From NCBI GenBank assembly GCA_951406725.2, contig OX597822.1, forward strand, positions 116,498,001-116,562,000: a DNA stretch of 64,000 bases, written 5' to 3'. The translations under genes were made by a program, and so were the position numbers. The notes under the pieces were generated by a model. That model was not told where the DNA came from. It saw nothing but the letters and a program-made list of their open reading frames with translations, and did no database searches. This stretch comes from Octopus vulgaris (taxonomy: Eukaryota). Below, one piece after another: positions 1 through 12,630 of the stretch (within the stretch, counting starts at the first letter, position 1; each line of letters opens with the position of its first letter).

Positions 1-179
1 TATACCATCTAGAAAATTACATATTATAGAAAGATTAAATATAAGATAAAACATATAACGATGATTAAGTAATGTGCAAAATAATAAATAAAACGTATAT
101 ATTTGGTATAATATGTAATTTTCTAGATGGCATAATTTAATTTTTCATTATTGAATTGATAAAAGGTGGTTTTTTTCTA

Positions 180-182
<3 letters not shown>
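1..182. mobile_element. Penelope-like terminal fragment with internal inversion (same family as 22281-22612)
   Basis: 1-110 is the reverse complement of 22455-22562, and 108-182 matches 22537-22610 directly. It ends in (TA)n. Confidence 0.5.
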
Positions 183-223
<41 letters not shown>

Positions 224-278
224 ATATATTGATTCTACTGCAATTATCAAGTGAGCAATTATGTTCTATTACCTACAG

Positions 279-395
279 AATGTTGCATGAGCGATACAGC
301 ATCTGAGCATGTTTTTACATTAACAAGCTGACAGGCGTATGGGACATGTAGTGTAAGAATCGGGAAAACGGCTCAGTGGATGAAGAGCGAGGCTT
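279..395 (+). CDS. Candidate host exon (possible ATG at 380, MKSEA; product unknown)
   Basis: Unique sequence with acceptor TACCTACAG at 278 (alternative CAG at 334) and donor GTGAGT at 396. It ends in phase 1, compatible with the exon at 759. Confidence 0.25.
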
Positions 396-758
396 GTGAG
401 TTGTTCCACATCAATTTGACAGATGGCATTTCAATTTATCAGTGTAAAATCTCTTAATGAAGATATAGTTGACTGACACAAAATATCAGTCTACAGGATG
501 TATATATTTATAACTCCCAAAATATCTTTCTGACTCAGATGCTAATTTTAATTCAATTATTTTTTTTTTCTTTAAGGATTCTTTTTTTATTATTTTATAA
601 TTTCTTTTTTGCCCTGTGGTTTTTCTCGGTTTTCAATTTCCTATGGGTGTGTGTGTGTATGTATATGTGGGCATATATGTATATATGCTTATATATATAT
701 GTATATATTTATATTACACTCACACAGATGTTTTCTTTATGTATTTTGACTCCTGTAG

Positions 759-853
759 CTGACCGTATGTTTCTCTCTGCAAGTGGTAAACTTCCTAGAA
801 CTCGTAGATGGTCTTACCGTTTTATGGCAGCACAATCCTTAAATCAGCATCCA
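759..853 (+). CDS. Candidate internal coding exon (xDRMFLSASGKLPRTRRWSYRFMAAQSLNQHP), product unknown
   Basis: Pyrimidine-rich tract plus TAG at 756-758, an open frame, donor GTGAGT at 854, and non-repetitive composition. Confidence 0.4.
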
Positions 854-1071
854 GTGAGTGTCTCTCCTCCTGCTCTGCGTGTTCTGCTGTCATATTTCTT
901 GAAGGTTCATCAACTGTTGGGTATTAGTTCATTCTCTGAGTTCCATTCATTGGTCAAGACCAACCTCACATCCTCATCTCTAGGCTCAAACCTGGGCAAA
1001 GGTGTTTTGAAACAGACTGGTAATTGCCCGTCTAAGCCAGCAAGCCACCTCTCTCCATGTTGCTGATGTTA

Positions 1072-1328
1072 TCATCATCATCTCATCCTCCTCCTCCACC
1101 TCCTCCTCATGATCATCTTTTCCTCCTCCTCCTCCACCTCATCATCATCATCTTCCTCCTCCTCCTCATCATCATCATCTTCCTCCTCCTCCTCATCATC
1201 ATCATCTTCCTCCTCCTCCTCATCATCTTCCTCCTCCACCTCCTCCTCCTCCTCATCATCATCATCATCATCCTCCTCCACCTCATCATCATCATCATCT
1301 TCCTCCTCCTCCTCATCATCATCATCAT
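1072..1328. repeat. Compound (TCA)n/(TCC)n microsatellite
   Basis: Read directly. It explains the poly-D/E, poly-S and poly-L/I ORFs. Confidence 0.95.
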
Positions 1329-1835
1329 TGCTGTCATTTAAGATCCATGTTCTATGCTGGCATGGGCTGGGCAGTTTGACAAGATTTGACATGTCCAAGG
1401 TCTGTACTGAGCTCCATTATCTGCTTTGGCGTAGTTTTTACAGCTGGGGGGGGGGGACCCTTCCTAAGGCCATCCACTCCACAGCATAAACTGAGTGCTT
1501 TGTTTTTCATATCAACTGCACTATTGAGGTTGCCATGCAGCTCACAGAACTATGTGCTCTGGAGGAAGTAATGGAGGGTTAGCTTCATACTTGGGGCCAA
1601 GGGGGAATACTACAAGAGAGGTGGGGGCAGACCAGATTCTTGCAGTGAGATCTGCATGGGTCCTCACATGTTGGTGGGAGTAATGGGGGAAGAGAAGAAA
1701 TGATCTGGAAGAAAAGCAGTACTTTTGAACCTTCGACTCTGTCAGTTACAACAATGAGTGAAGAAGGAGTGTTCCAATGGATCCGATCAAGGGAACAGCC
1801 TGCTTGTCCAAGTAGCTGGGAACTCCACGAATATA

Positions 1836-2235
1836 CTCTTTTACTTTTTTACTCCTTTACTTGTTTCAGTCATTTGACTGTGGCCATGCTGGAGCACCGC
1901 CTTTAGTTGAATCAAATTGACCCCAGGACTTACTCTTTGTAAGCCTAGTGCTTATTCTATCGGTCTCTTTTGTCGAACTGCTAAGTTATGGGAACGTAAA
2001 CACACCAGCATTGGTTGTCAAGCGATGTTGGTGGGGACAAACACACACACACACATATATTTACATATATACAAAGGGCTTCTTTCAGTTTCCGTCTACC
2101 AAATCCACTCACAAGGCTTTGGTCGGCTCGAGACTATAGTAGAAGACACTTGACCAAGGTGCCTCGCAGCGTGACTGAACCCGGAACCATGTGGTTGGTA
2201 AGCAAGCTACTTACCACACAGCCACTCCTACGCCT
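1836..2235 (-). mobile_element. tRNA-derived SINE family A (CORE-like), near full length
   Basis: Reverse complement of the 47599-48009 type: B-box-like GGTTCAGTC, ACCTTGGGCAAGTG-like core, and ...TGACTGAAACAAGTAAA tail. Confidence 0.85.
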
Positions 2236-2239
2236 ATGT

Positions 2240-2460
2240 GTACCCTTCATGCAGTTTTCAGAGAGATCCAGCATGTCACAGAATGTGACACGGCCAACCC
2301 CTTCGAATTACGGGTACTACTCATTTTTGCCAGCTGAGTGGACTGGAGCAATGTAGAGTAAAATGACTTGCTCAAGAACACAATACGTTGCCAGTAATCG
2401 AACCCATGCCCTTATGATTGTGAGCTGAATACTAATAATCACTAAGCTATGCACCTTCAC
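2240..2460 (-). mobile_element. tRNA-derived SINE family B fragment
   Basis: Reverse complement of the CTCCAGTCCACTCAGCTGGCAAAAATGAGT block seen at 3629-3880. Confidence 0.7.
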
Positions 2461-3628
2461 TACTTTAGGACCCAATATGGTTTAAAACCAGAGCTGCTGT
2501 TAGAACATAGAGATCCAAAATAGACACTACAAGAAATTTTGCCCAATGTTCTGAGTTTCCCTGATCCATTGGCCTTGAAATATCACTAAGCATTTTGTCC
2601 GGCAAATGAAAATGTTGCCAACTTGAAATGACTTTTGTAGAGGCACAAGCATAGCTGTGTGGTCAGACGTTTGCTTCTCAAACACATGGTTTCAGGTTCA
2701 TCCCCACAGTATGGTACTTTAGGCCAGTGTCTTTTAATTGAGCTCTTCCCTGTCCAAAAGCCTCGTCAGTGGATTTGGTCGATGGAAACTGAAAGAAACC
2801 CATTGTGTGTGTGCACGTGTGTGTGTGTACATGCATGTGTGTGTGTGTGCACACACATGCGTGCATATGTGTGTGTCTGTGTGTTGCTATTGCCTTACTT
2901 TGATTTCACATGGTGGTTGTAAATGAGTGTCACTGTCACACAAGCGGTGTACTTCTTTTCCAATCTTCTGTGAAAACATGTCAGGCCACGGGGGAAGCAT
3001 TACCTCACTTGGAAAGAAATAAGGTTGGTGACAGGAAGAGCATCTGGCTGTAGGAAAAAATCCACCTCAAGAAATTCCATCTTAACCATGGAAGCATGGA
3101 AAAGTAAATGTTAAGGCAATGATGATAAAACGATGATTACAAAATTAATTTTGCCGTTTTACGATGCTCTGAACTGTAATTTGTAATTCTATCCTTTTTG
3201 AGATAATTAATCTGTCATTTGATACGAGCTTAAAAGAATCCTGGTTTATGAGATTATGTGAGCGTTACCATTATTATTCAAGAGTTTAATCTTCATTCTG
3301 AAATTTTTCCTGATTATCATCAATTCGATTCCTGGACCAGGCGACACGTTGTGTTCTTGAGCAAAACACTTCATTTCACGTTGCTCCAGTCCACTCAGCT
3401 GGCAAAAATGAGTAACACTGCGATGGACTAGCGTCCCGTCCAGCTGGGGGAACACATATGCCATTGAAACACGGAGTGGTTGGCGTTAGGAAGGGCATCC
3501 AGCTGTAGAAACATTGCCAGATAAGACCGGAGCCTGGTGCAGCCTCCTGGCTTCCCAGATCCCGGTCGAACCGTCCAACCCATGCTAGCATGGAGAACGG
3601 ACGTTAAATGATGATGATGATGATGATG

Positions 3629-3880
3629 TGGAGGCGTGTGGCTTAGTGGTTAGGGTGTCAGCATCGTGATCCTAAGATTGTGGTTTCGATTCCTGGACCG
3701 GGCGACGCGTTGTGTTCTTGAGCAAAACACTGCATTTCCCGTTACTCCAGTCCACTCAGCTGGCAAAAATGAGTAACACTGCGATGGACTGGCGTCCCGT
3801 CCAGCTGGGGAACACATATGCCATTGAAACCGGGAAACCGGGCCCATGAGCCTGGCTAGGCTTGAAAAGGGCGCATTTAC
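3629..3880 (+). mobile_element. tRNA-derived SINE family B
   Basis: A-box TGGCTTAGTGG, B-box GTTTCGATTCC and central CTGCGATGGACTGGCGTCCCGTCCAG. A partial duplicate lies at 3320-3470. Confidence 0.85.
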
Positions 3881-4604
3881 TTTATTATCATCAATTTAAC
3901 TTGTTTTACAAGCCAACACATGGAAAAAGTTGAGCAATTCAAATGCAGGAGTTTATTTACTTTTAGTAAGCAGGGTACAAATGTAACTATAATTTTCAAT
4001 TTTGGGGTTTCTACTGTGGAGTTTATTAACTCTTTTGATACCGACCTATCTGAGACCATGGTGTGTGTGTGTGTATGTATGTATGTATGTATCTGTGTGT
4101 CTGTGTTTGTCCCCCCCCCACCACCACCATCGCTTGACAACCGATGCTGGTGTGTTTACATCCCCATAACAGCAAAAAGGGGCTGATAGAATAAAGTACT
4201 AGGCTTACAAAGAATACAAATGGTGTTGATTTGTTTGACTAAAGGCGGTGCCCCAGCATGGCCGCGGTCAAATGACTGAAACAAGTAAAAGAAATAAAAA
4301 AGGCATTATTTCATGCTGCTTCCCTCCATTCAACTGATTCAGGCCTCTTTCCTTCCAGCTGTCGCATCTTTCCTGTTGCTTTTGGGTTAAGGATGGGCCA
4401 TCCTGCTCTAACAACTCACCCAATTTGTCCCTTTACCAATAAATTCTGATAGGGGGCTGTGAGCAAAAAAAAATAGATTCAATCAGAGTACATTAGCTGT
4501 CGTTCATCTCTCAGTGTGGATTTCAGCACAAGGATTAATGGGATTAATGGGATTAATGGGATTGTGGTTGTTGTTGTTTGACTCTCTTGGGTTAATCCAA
4601 ATGT

Positions 4605-5060
4605 CCGGTCAGTTCACTGTCATCGATTCACCGCAAGGAAAGTTCACCGTCTTCAATTCACCATTTTTTTTCTCAATAAAATAGTTTTTAACTGTAAACC
4701 CTTTCGTTAACGTATTTATTTTGAGATGCTCTGTGTGTCTTTCAGTTACTTTAAATATAACAAAGAATTTAATAAAATAATTTGGTTATCATTCAGCTAG
4801 TGTTAGGAACATAAATTGTGACTAAGGTTTGGTGGAAGATTTTAATTCAAAACCTATGAAAACAAGACATTTGTACTACAGAGCCAGAGCTGGTTTCAGC
4901 CGGGTTGGTATCAAAAGGGTTAAGGGTAAGTTACTACGGATAGATTTTCTCAGTCAACTTTCCTCACAGTGAACTTGCTTCACGGTGAACGTTCATCACA
5001 GTAAATTGATGGCAGTGAACTCTGCTGCAATGAATTGATGGTGGTGAACTCATCTGTAAT
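4605..5060. mobile_element. Fold-back-like DNA element with ~15-bp subterminal repeats
   Basis: TTCACYG repeats on the left (4610-4665) mirror CRGTGAA repeats on the right (4965-5052). Confidence 0.45.
4699..4919. mobile_element. piggyBac-like MITE
   Basis: CCCTTT...AAAGGG termini, with TTAA on the right and TAAA on the left. A related end is at ~6641. Confidence 0.6.
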
Positions 5061-5736
5061 CAATCCTAATCAAGCAACTCTATGATCAAAGGCATTCCTC
5101 CCATGACCATCCACACTTCTATTCATCTAAAGTGCATCTAAGTCCACATTATCTTATGTGTTGCTAGGGTGTGATATGAGTGAATTTGACTGCTACTTCT
5201 AGGAAGTCAATCAACTGCATAGAGGCTTCCTCATTGATGTTGTGATTGCTGTTGTTGCTGTTTATGCATGTCTGTTTTTTTTTTTATATTTATCCAGACA
5301 GAATATTTTTATTATTTTTATTCTAAAATGTTTTTCTGAGGTGTGGTTGATGTGTCTGAAGTTTTGCAGAAATTGAATATTTAGTGGCAAGTTTTGTTTG
5401 TGTGGATTGGAATCTATTGCAGCAACAAACAGTGACCTTTGCAAGCCTGTATGGTCTTTCATTTTGAGTATTTTCATTTCATTGTGTAGGTGGCCTATGG
5501 GTGCGGTCTGTGTTCTGGCTGGCATGATGTATCGTATTGTGTTTTTGTGGAGAGATTGGGTGAACCCCAATGAACAGGACTTGAAAATAATATATAATGG
5601 ATCAAATACAAAGAGGTGGTGGTGAATTGGCAATCATCAAAGTATTGGACAAAATGCTTAGAAGTGTTTGTCTTGGTTCTCTATGCTCTAAGTTCAAATT
5701 TCACTGAGGTTGACTTGGCTTTTCATTCTTATTTTA

Positions 5737-6635
5737 TTTAGTTCTCTCCCTTCCATGAGACACGTAAGACCACAACATGATCTCTCCAACCAGATCTGTT
5801 TTCTACTACTGTTCTGGTCCCATTCTAGCTACTCCACACTCCTCATCTCCTTTCCTTGTCAATGGTTCTTCCCCATGTGGCTTTAGGGTGGACTGCTTCT
5901 CGCTTTTCCTCAGGCTGTCTCGTCAGTGCCACCATATGTTTCGGTAACCATATGTTACAGGTTGTGATTTTTGGCATTGCCAGTGACCTCGAAGGCCACT
6001 GGGCTTCCCTCAGGCTTTGTCCCATTGGTATCATTCAGCTTTTGGTCGCTACCCCATCCTCAGTCATGGCTTTGCCAGGGTCAAGCAGGTTTTGATCTGT
6101 TGCAGTTTCTGTAATCAACCCAATTTTTACAGTGTGTAGGTGATTAGTCCTCCACCCAACCCCATTCCGGGAGGACTGGGCCTTTTTATCATGATGTGCA
6201 CTCACTATTCCAGCATCCATAAAACTAACAGATCTGGATCTCTGGTGATATGAAACTCCACAGCTTGGTGATAGGAGGTGGGGGGAATTTTTGAGGTGGT
6301 TCTAGCTCACCTGACAGACTCATTATTGGGCACATGGGGTATTTAAAGGGACACAGGTTCCCCTTCCTAAAACCCTACCAGCCCTGATGAGCCTGTCACC
6401 ATATGGTCTATGACTGCTTATTCACCAAGTGGTCCTGTTGTGGGCCTGCTTGCTTATTTTGCAGCTGTCCACATACTTGTGGTCATCCCACCATCCACTG
6501 CCCAGTAGACATGCCCATAAGGAGATGGTTACCCTGGCCCCATTCTTCATGGGACCTCCAGCATAGTAGGACATGGGTTCATCCTTCTGGGGCAGTTGGT
6601 TGGCCGAAATGTCAGAGGGCCAGGCAGGATTCTTG
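5737..6635 (-). mobile_element. Internally deleted (bipartite) RTE-type non-LTR element
   Basis: On the minus strand a long UTR and an ORF start (MIPMGQSLREAQWPSRSLAMPKIT) join directly to an RTE C-terminus-like segment (VALTRQPEEKRE..PKATWGRTI..ENRSGWRDHV). Confidence 0.55.
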
Positions 6636-7092
6636 TATTATTAACCCTTTTCATACCAATCCACCTAAGATTGTTCCTGGTTCTGTGATACAAACTTTGT
6701 GTGCAAAAATGCTTCATGGCCAATATTTTCCCTCAAACATTATCAAAATATCATCATCGCTTCCAGTGTAACTAATTACAGCTGATGTACATCTCATCAT
6801 TGTCATTTTAACATCCACTTTTCCGTCCTTGAATGGGTCAAACAAAATTCATCGAAGTGGATTTTTGACAAGTTTTTCAGTTCTTCCAGTCATTAGCCCT
6901 CACATTTTGCCAAGTAAGATAATATTTCCCTGATACCCTAAAAAAAAAGCAGTAGAATGACCAGACATGTTTTCATGGAAGATTGCAAATGAACAATTCC
7001 CATGTATGATGGTGATGTTTATTTTGTATCATTTATCTGTTATTTGCTTCAATCATTTGAATGCGGTCATGCTGGAGTGCTACCTTGAAGTG

Positions 7093-7475
7093 CATGGTTC
7101 CAGGTTCAGTCCGACTGCGTGGCACCTTGGGCAAGTGTCTTCTGCTATAGCCTCGGGCCGACCAAAGCCTTGTTAGTGGATTTGGTAGATGGAAACTGAA
7201 ACAAGCCCGTCATATATATGTGTGTATATATTATACATATATATGTATGTATGTGTGTGTATATGTTCGTGTGTCTGTGTTTGTTCTCCCCACCATCGCT
7301 TGACAACCGATGGTGGTGTGTTTATGCCCCCATAACTTAGCGGTTTGACAAAAGAGACCGATAGAATAAGTACTAGGCTTATAAAAAATAAGTCCTGGGA
7401 TTGATTTGCTCAACTAAAGGCGGTGCTCCAGCATGGCTGCAGTCAAATGACTGAAACAAGTAAAAGAGTAAAGAA
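7093..7475 (+). mobile_element. SINE family A
   Basis: Matches 47599-48009; 5' truncated. Confidence 0.85.
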
Positions 7476-7645
7476 AGATTAAATGAATCGACACCAGTAT
7501 TCATTTTTTTGTTTTTTTCTAAGCCTGGTACTTATCCTATCAGTCTCTGTTGCTGGACTGCTAAGTTATAGTGATGTAAACATACCAACATCAGCTGTCA
7601 AGTGGTGGTGGGAGACAAACACACCGACACGCACACACACACACA

Positions 7646-7687
<42 letters not shown>

Positions 7688-7702
7688 TATACATATATAT
7701 AC

Positions 7703-7735
<33 letters not shown>

Positions 7736-7928
7736 CATATATATACATACAAATATATATATATATACATACATACAAATATACATATATATATATATAT
7801 ATATATATTCTATTTTTCATTTACTTCGAAATTTGCTATTAAATTGTGGTTTTGGCTGTGTTGGCTGCTATTTCTAGCATGTAAAAATTACCTGTTAAAG
7901 GGTAATTTTCTATTTTAAAATATGTATT

Positions 7929-7983
<55 letters not shown>

Positions 7984-8444
7984 TGCTACAATGGGCTTCT
8001 TTCCGTTTCTGTCTGCCAAAGCCCCACTCAAGGTAGAAATAGCAGAAGACACTTGTCCAAGGTGCCTCACAGTGGGACTGAACCCAGAACCTTGTGGTTG
8101 GGAAGCAAGCTTCTTACCACACAGCCATACCTGTTTGTTTATAGTTAAGGTATGTCAAGATGACATGAAGACACATTCATACATATACATATGCATACAC
8201 ACACACACACATATCATTAGGAAAAAAAAAATCTTATTGTTTCAGCATTTATAATCAGTAGTACTTGTAAAAATGTCATTTTCCATTCCATTTCTAGTTC
8301 CTGGGTGATTGGATTTACCATTATCCCTGATACAAGGAATCTACTCTGCCTCATATTTGTCAAGCTTCTGAAAAGGTCATCTACACACATGAATAATTCT
8401 TCTGCTTTGAAAAAAATAGGCATACATATATGTAGGTATGTGGT

Positions 8445-9010
8445 CACTTTCGATATGTCAGATCACTTTCGTGTGCTACTGGTAACATGTAGCCCAGTAC
8501 AACCTGTTGCATGGTCGGGTTGTCGGCGACTAAACCGGCAACCCCACCAAGCTTGCTTGGTGAGGAGGGTGTTTATTGAACACCCTGCGGGATGAAAAAC
8601 AAAACCCGTCAAAGGGCGAAGGAACTCTTGAGAGTCAACGGCCATCCAATATATGTCTTAAGGCTGTCTCATGCGCGGGGACATAGAAATAATCGGACTG
8701 AATACCCGATCGCGCAGTTAAACCATTGGGAGTGGAGGACTCCTAGCCTTTGTTAGGGCATCCTTCTAGGAGAAGGTAACTCAGGTAACTGGGATAACTC
8801 CAACATAAAACCTGCGGCTCAGTAGTTACCGATGATGTTGACTTGTTCTTCTTTTCGGATTATGGCTGCCGTTGCTTAGTGAGTGGGATTGACTCAGTGC
8901 ACAGCCTTTCCTCACTTTAAAAAAAATCTTCTTGCACAGACATTGCACGATAACAACATTGATTAAGCTTTGTGCAATGGCCATACTCGATAACGAGGGG
9001 GCAGCCACCA
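8445..9010 (+). mobile_element. Non-coding structured interspersed element, probably derived from an RTE 5' UTR (copy 1)
   Basis: Closely similar inverted copy at 17207-17757. It has consecutive hairpins and a GGGCATCCTTCTAGGAGAAGG motif resembling RTE 5' UTRs. Confidence 0.6.
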
Positions 9011-9056
9011 TGCATGTATGTATGTATGTATGTATGTATGTATGTATGTATGTATA

Positions 9057-9103
<47 letters not shown>

Positions 9104-9258
9104 ATGCATGCATGTATATATGTACATATGTGAGTACACACACACACATGAGCTGTCTATAAGGCTGAGCTCTTTATGGATGCAAAAACCATTGGTCACT
9201 CTATGACCAGCCATATAATTAGCTTCCCATATATATGTATATATATATATATGTATAG

Positions 9259-9660
9259 GGGGAGAATTCACAAAAAAAAAACCAAAGACGAAGACAGGTG
9301 GTGTAGACAACAAACAGATGTATTAGTTTAACGCTCAGGAAGTGAAGAAGTCTTTAACATTTTGAGCCTACGCTCTTCCACAGAAAGGAACACAGAAAGA
9401 AACAAGGAGAGAAAATAAAGAAAAAAAGTGGCTAGATTCATATATATATGTGACCGCATGTGTATCATTGGGGTTTTTTTTCCTCTGTCTTCCCTTCCTT
9501 GGATCTTTCCTTTTTCTATGTTTCTAACGAAGAGCTCCGCTCAAAACACTAAATCCTCCTTCTTTCTTTCCTTTCTTGAGCGTCCAATAACACTATACTT
9601 GTTCCACGTCCTCGCGTTGTTGTGTTTTCTCTTTGTGTTTTCATGTTTGGATTAACTATA
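9259..9660. mobile_element. Two divergent Penelope-like terminal fragments with decayed hammerhead-like motifs
   Basis: 9259-9427 (minus) is homologous to 29560-29720; 9450-9660 (plus) is homologous to 49350-49550. Both have a GAGC-loop-GCTC stem II between degenerate CTGANGA and GAAAC. Confidence 0.5.
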
Positions 9661-9668
9661 TATATATA

Positions 9669-10191
9669 CAGACCGAGACCTATGGAAGTATGCTGTGCGT
9701 GAGAAGGACAAGTGAGACCATAACCCATGGCCTCTACCTGGGATGTAGTCAGTCCACTTATGCGTACCTTTCCTTCTTGGGACACAAAACTCTACGTGTG
9801 AAGACCTGTTGAGGCAAGTGAGAATCAGAATCAAAATCGATCAACATCAATGGAAATTGTAGCCATGATACCAGTGCCGGTGGCACGTAAGTGAACCATG
9901 CAAATATGGCCATTGCCAGCCTCACCCCGACAGGCCTCTGTGCTGGTGGCACGTAAAAAGCACCATCCGACCGTGGCCGTCTGCCGGCCCCATCTGGCAC
10001 CTGTGCCGGTGGCATGTAAAAAGCACCCACTACACTCAGTGGTTGGCGTTAGGGAGGGCATCCAGTTGTAGAAACATTGCCAGATCTGACTGGGCCTGGT
10101 GCAGCCTTCGGGCTTCCCAGACCCCAGTTGAACCTTCCAACCCATGCTAGCATGGAAAGCGGACGCTAAATGATGATGATGATGATGATGA

Positions 10192-10193
<2 letters not shown>
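9669..10193 (+). mobile_element. RTE-clade LINE 3' end (3' UTR and (TGA)n tail)
   Basis: Homologous to 41900-42424. Confidence 0.8.
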
Positions 10194-10229
<36 letters not shown>

Positions 10230-11026
10230 ATACGTGTGTGTGTGTGTCCAAATATATAAGAGAATGAAAGAAAGTATACATGTATGTATATGTGTGTATG
10301 TATTTATGTTCATTTACGTGCATAGTGTCAATTTAGTTTTAGCATTGACAGATATAATGGAAATATAATCAGTGGAACTCCAGAGAGCCACATCGAGGTC
10401 TGAGCTGGTAAGAGCCAATACAATAAAAACAACAAATAAAAAATAATTTAGTTTTCACCGAAAATGTTAAATATTTATTTCTCTTTCTGATAACCTAATA
10501 TTCCTCCAGTGTTTTTTTTTCCCCCCCACTTTCTCTTAAACAGACCCAAGTATGGACTTCTCTTTCCGTTTGAAACTTTTGCCTCTCAACACACAGTTCT
10601 TTCCACTGACAAGGTACTACATTTATTAATCAATAAATCCATTTATACATTACTTTGCATTTTATTGTTGAAATCTATTTGTTTGACGTTCATAGCTGCC
10701 ATTCTTATAGTCCTATCTCCACCGCCAAGACCACCACCACCACCACCACCACCACCGCCGCTGCCGCTGCCGCTGCCGCCGCCGCCACCGCCACCACCAC
10801 CACCACCTCCACCTCCACTACCATCCGGTGATGGTCTAGCAACAAACAAACAAGATTACGATGTCAAAAATGTCAGTGTTGGTAATGGGGGAAAATATCG
10901 AATTCTCATTACATAAATAAGAAATTGAAAAATATGAAGACTCAAACCTAGCAGCATCCTCCTCTTTCCGGCTGAGGAATTATAAATCACATCAAGATGC
11001 CTACAAACACATTTGTTTCTTCTTGC

Positions 11027-11058
<32 letters not shown>

Positions 11059-11281
11059 GTCATCGTTTCCCAGCATCCTCTCCTCTACGCTTGCATAGGC
11101 TGGGCTGTATTTGTTGAGGCAGATATTCCACTGCCAGATGCCCTTCCTGTCATCACCTGCCCCCTTCCACTTGCATGACAGCGACGCTCGGTTACACAGT
11201 GTCAAGACAAGGAGACACAAACACACACGCACATATACATACATGTGCACACACACACATACATGTGCACCTGCACACACA

Positions 11282-11500
11282 CAGAATCGTTAGCACGCTA
11301 GGTGAAATGCCTAGCGGTATTTTGTCTGCCATTACATTCTGAGTTCGAATTCTGCCAAGGTCGACTTTGTCATTCATCCTTTCAGGGTCGTTTAAATAAG
11401 TACCAGTTACGCACTGGGGTCGATGTAATCAAATTAATCCCTTTGTCTGCTCTTGTTTGTCCTCTCTATGTTTAGCCCCTGTGGGCAATGAAGAAATAAA
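11282..11500 (+). mobile_element. tRNA-derived SINE family C (Nin/Deu-like core)
   Basis: GAGTTCGAATTC B-box and CATCCTTTCAGGGTCG...AAGTACCAG core. Other copies are at about 12830-13185, 18860-19015, 25510-25730, 31520-31840, 33908-34118, 35538-35628, 42440-42675 and 43970-44130. Confidence 0.75.
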
Positions 11501-12313
11501 TCTGCACACGCATGTGGATGCACACAAACACACATACACAAACACACACACACACACACACACACCCAGAGTTTTCATCAACCAAATTCACTCACAAGGC
11601 ATTGGTTCGCCCAGGATTTTAGTAAGTAGTGGAAGCACATGGCTTACTGGCTAGGATGCTGGAATAATGATCTAAAGATTGTGGTTTCAATTGCTGGACT
11701 GGGCGACGTGTTGTGTTCTTGGACAAAACACTTCATTTCACGTTGCTCCAGCTCACTCAGCTGACAAAAGCAAGTATTTCTGTGATGGACCAGCATCCCG
11801 GGGTAACGAGTCTAGGAAACTGGTCCTTGACTCGGGAAGGATCTTTAACCTATATTTTTTTTTATCCTTTGTTTTATTAAAAGTCAATAACCCAAGATGC
11901 TGCACTGTGCAACTAACCCCAGACCCATATAGTTGCGGAACAAGCTCCTTAAATCACACTTTGTCTACAAAATAATTACATCCAAAATTTACCCTTGAGA
12001 AATATAAAATTTTAGAATTCCACTACCTCTTGGTTAGTCATTATTCACAGAAGTTATTTCAGGAATGGTACAACAGAAGAATAAAGCTTTTTATGTAGCA
12101 TAAATGGCAAGAGGAAACAATTTGCTGAAAGAGTTTACTTGGTTAAAAACAATAAATCACTTTGAGAGCAGATTTCATTCTTTTATATTTTTTTTTATAT
12201 TGGTTTCAGTGACTCAAACCAATAAAAGACTGTTGCCATGCTTGGAACACTATTTTCAAAAGTTTTAGTCAGTTAAATCAGCCTTTGTAATTCTTTCAAT
12301 CTAGTATTTGGGT

Positions 12314-12630
12314 TGTGGAGGCGCAATGGCCCAGTGGTTAGGGCAGCGGACTTGTGGTCGGAGGATCGTGGTTTCGATTCCCAGACCGGGCGTTGTGTGT
12401 GTTTATTTAGCGAAAACACCTAAAAGCTCCATGAGGCTGTGGCAGGGAGTGGTGGTGACCCCTGTTGTACTCTTTTGCCACAACTTTCTCTCACTCTCTC
12501 TTCCTGTTTCTTGAGTAACGCTGCGATGGACTGGTGTCCCGTCCAGCTGGGGGGAACACATACGCCACAGAAACCGGGAAACCAGGCCCATGAGCCTGGC
12601 TAGGCTTGAAAAGGACGACAAAAAAAAAAG
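12314..12630 (+). mobile_element. tRNA-derived SINE with family D head and family B tail
   Basis: The head matches 24457-24645 and the tail matches 3770-3870. Confidence 0.8.

Noticed and set aside
1078-1398. Acidic poly-D/E ORF
   Set aside because: It is a compound trinucleotide microsatellite adjoining a LINE tail.
759-5575. Loose resemblance of the joined exon peptide to the TIMP SLNHRY.GC segment
   Set aside because: There are too few matching residues and the exon join is unproven.
10643-10849. Poly-Pro/poly-Gly ORF
   Set aside because: It is a (CCA)/(CCG) microsatellite with no supporting domain or splice evidence.
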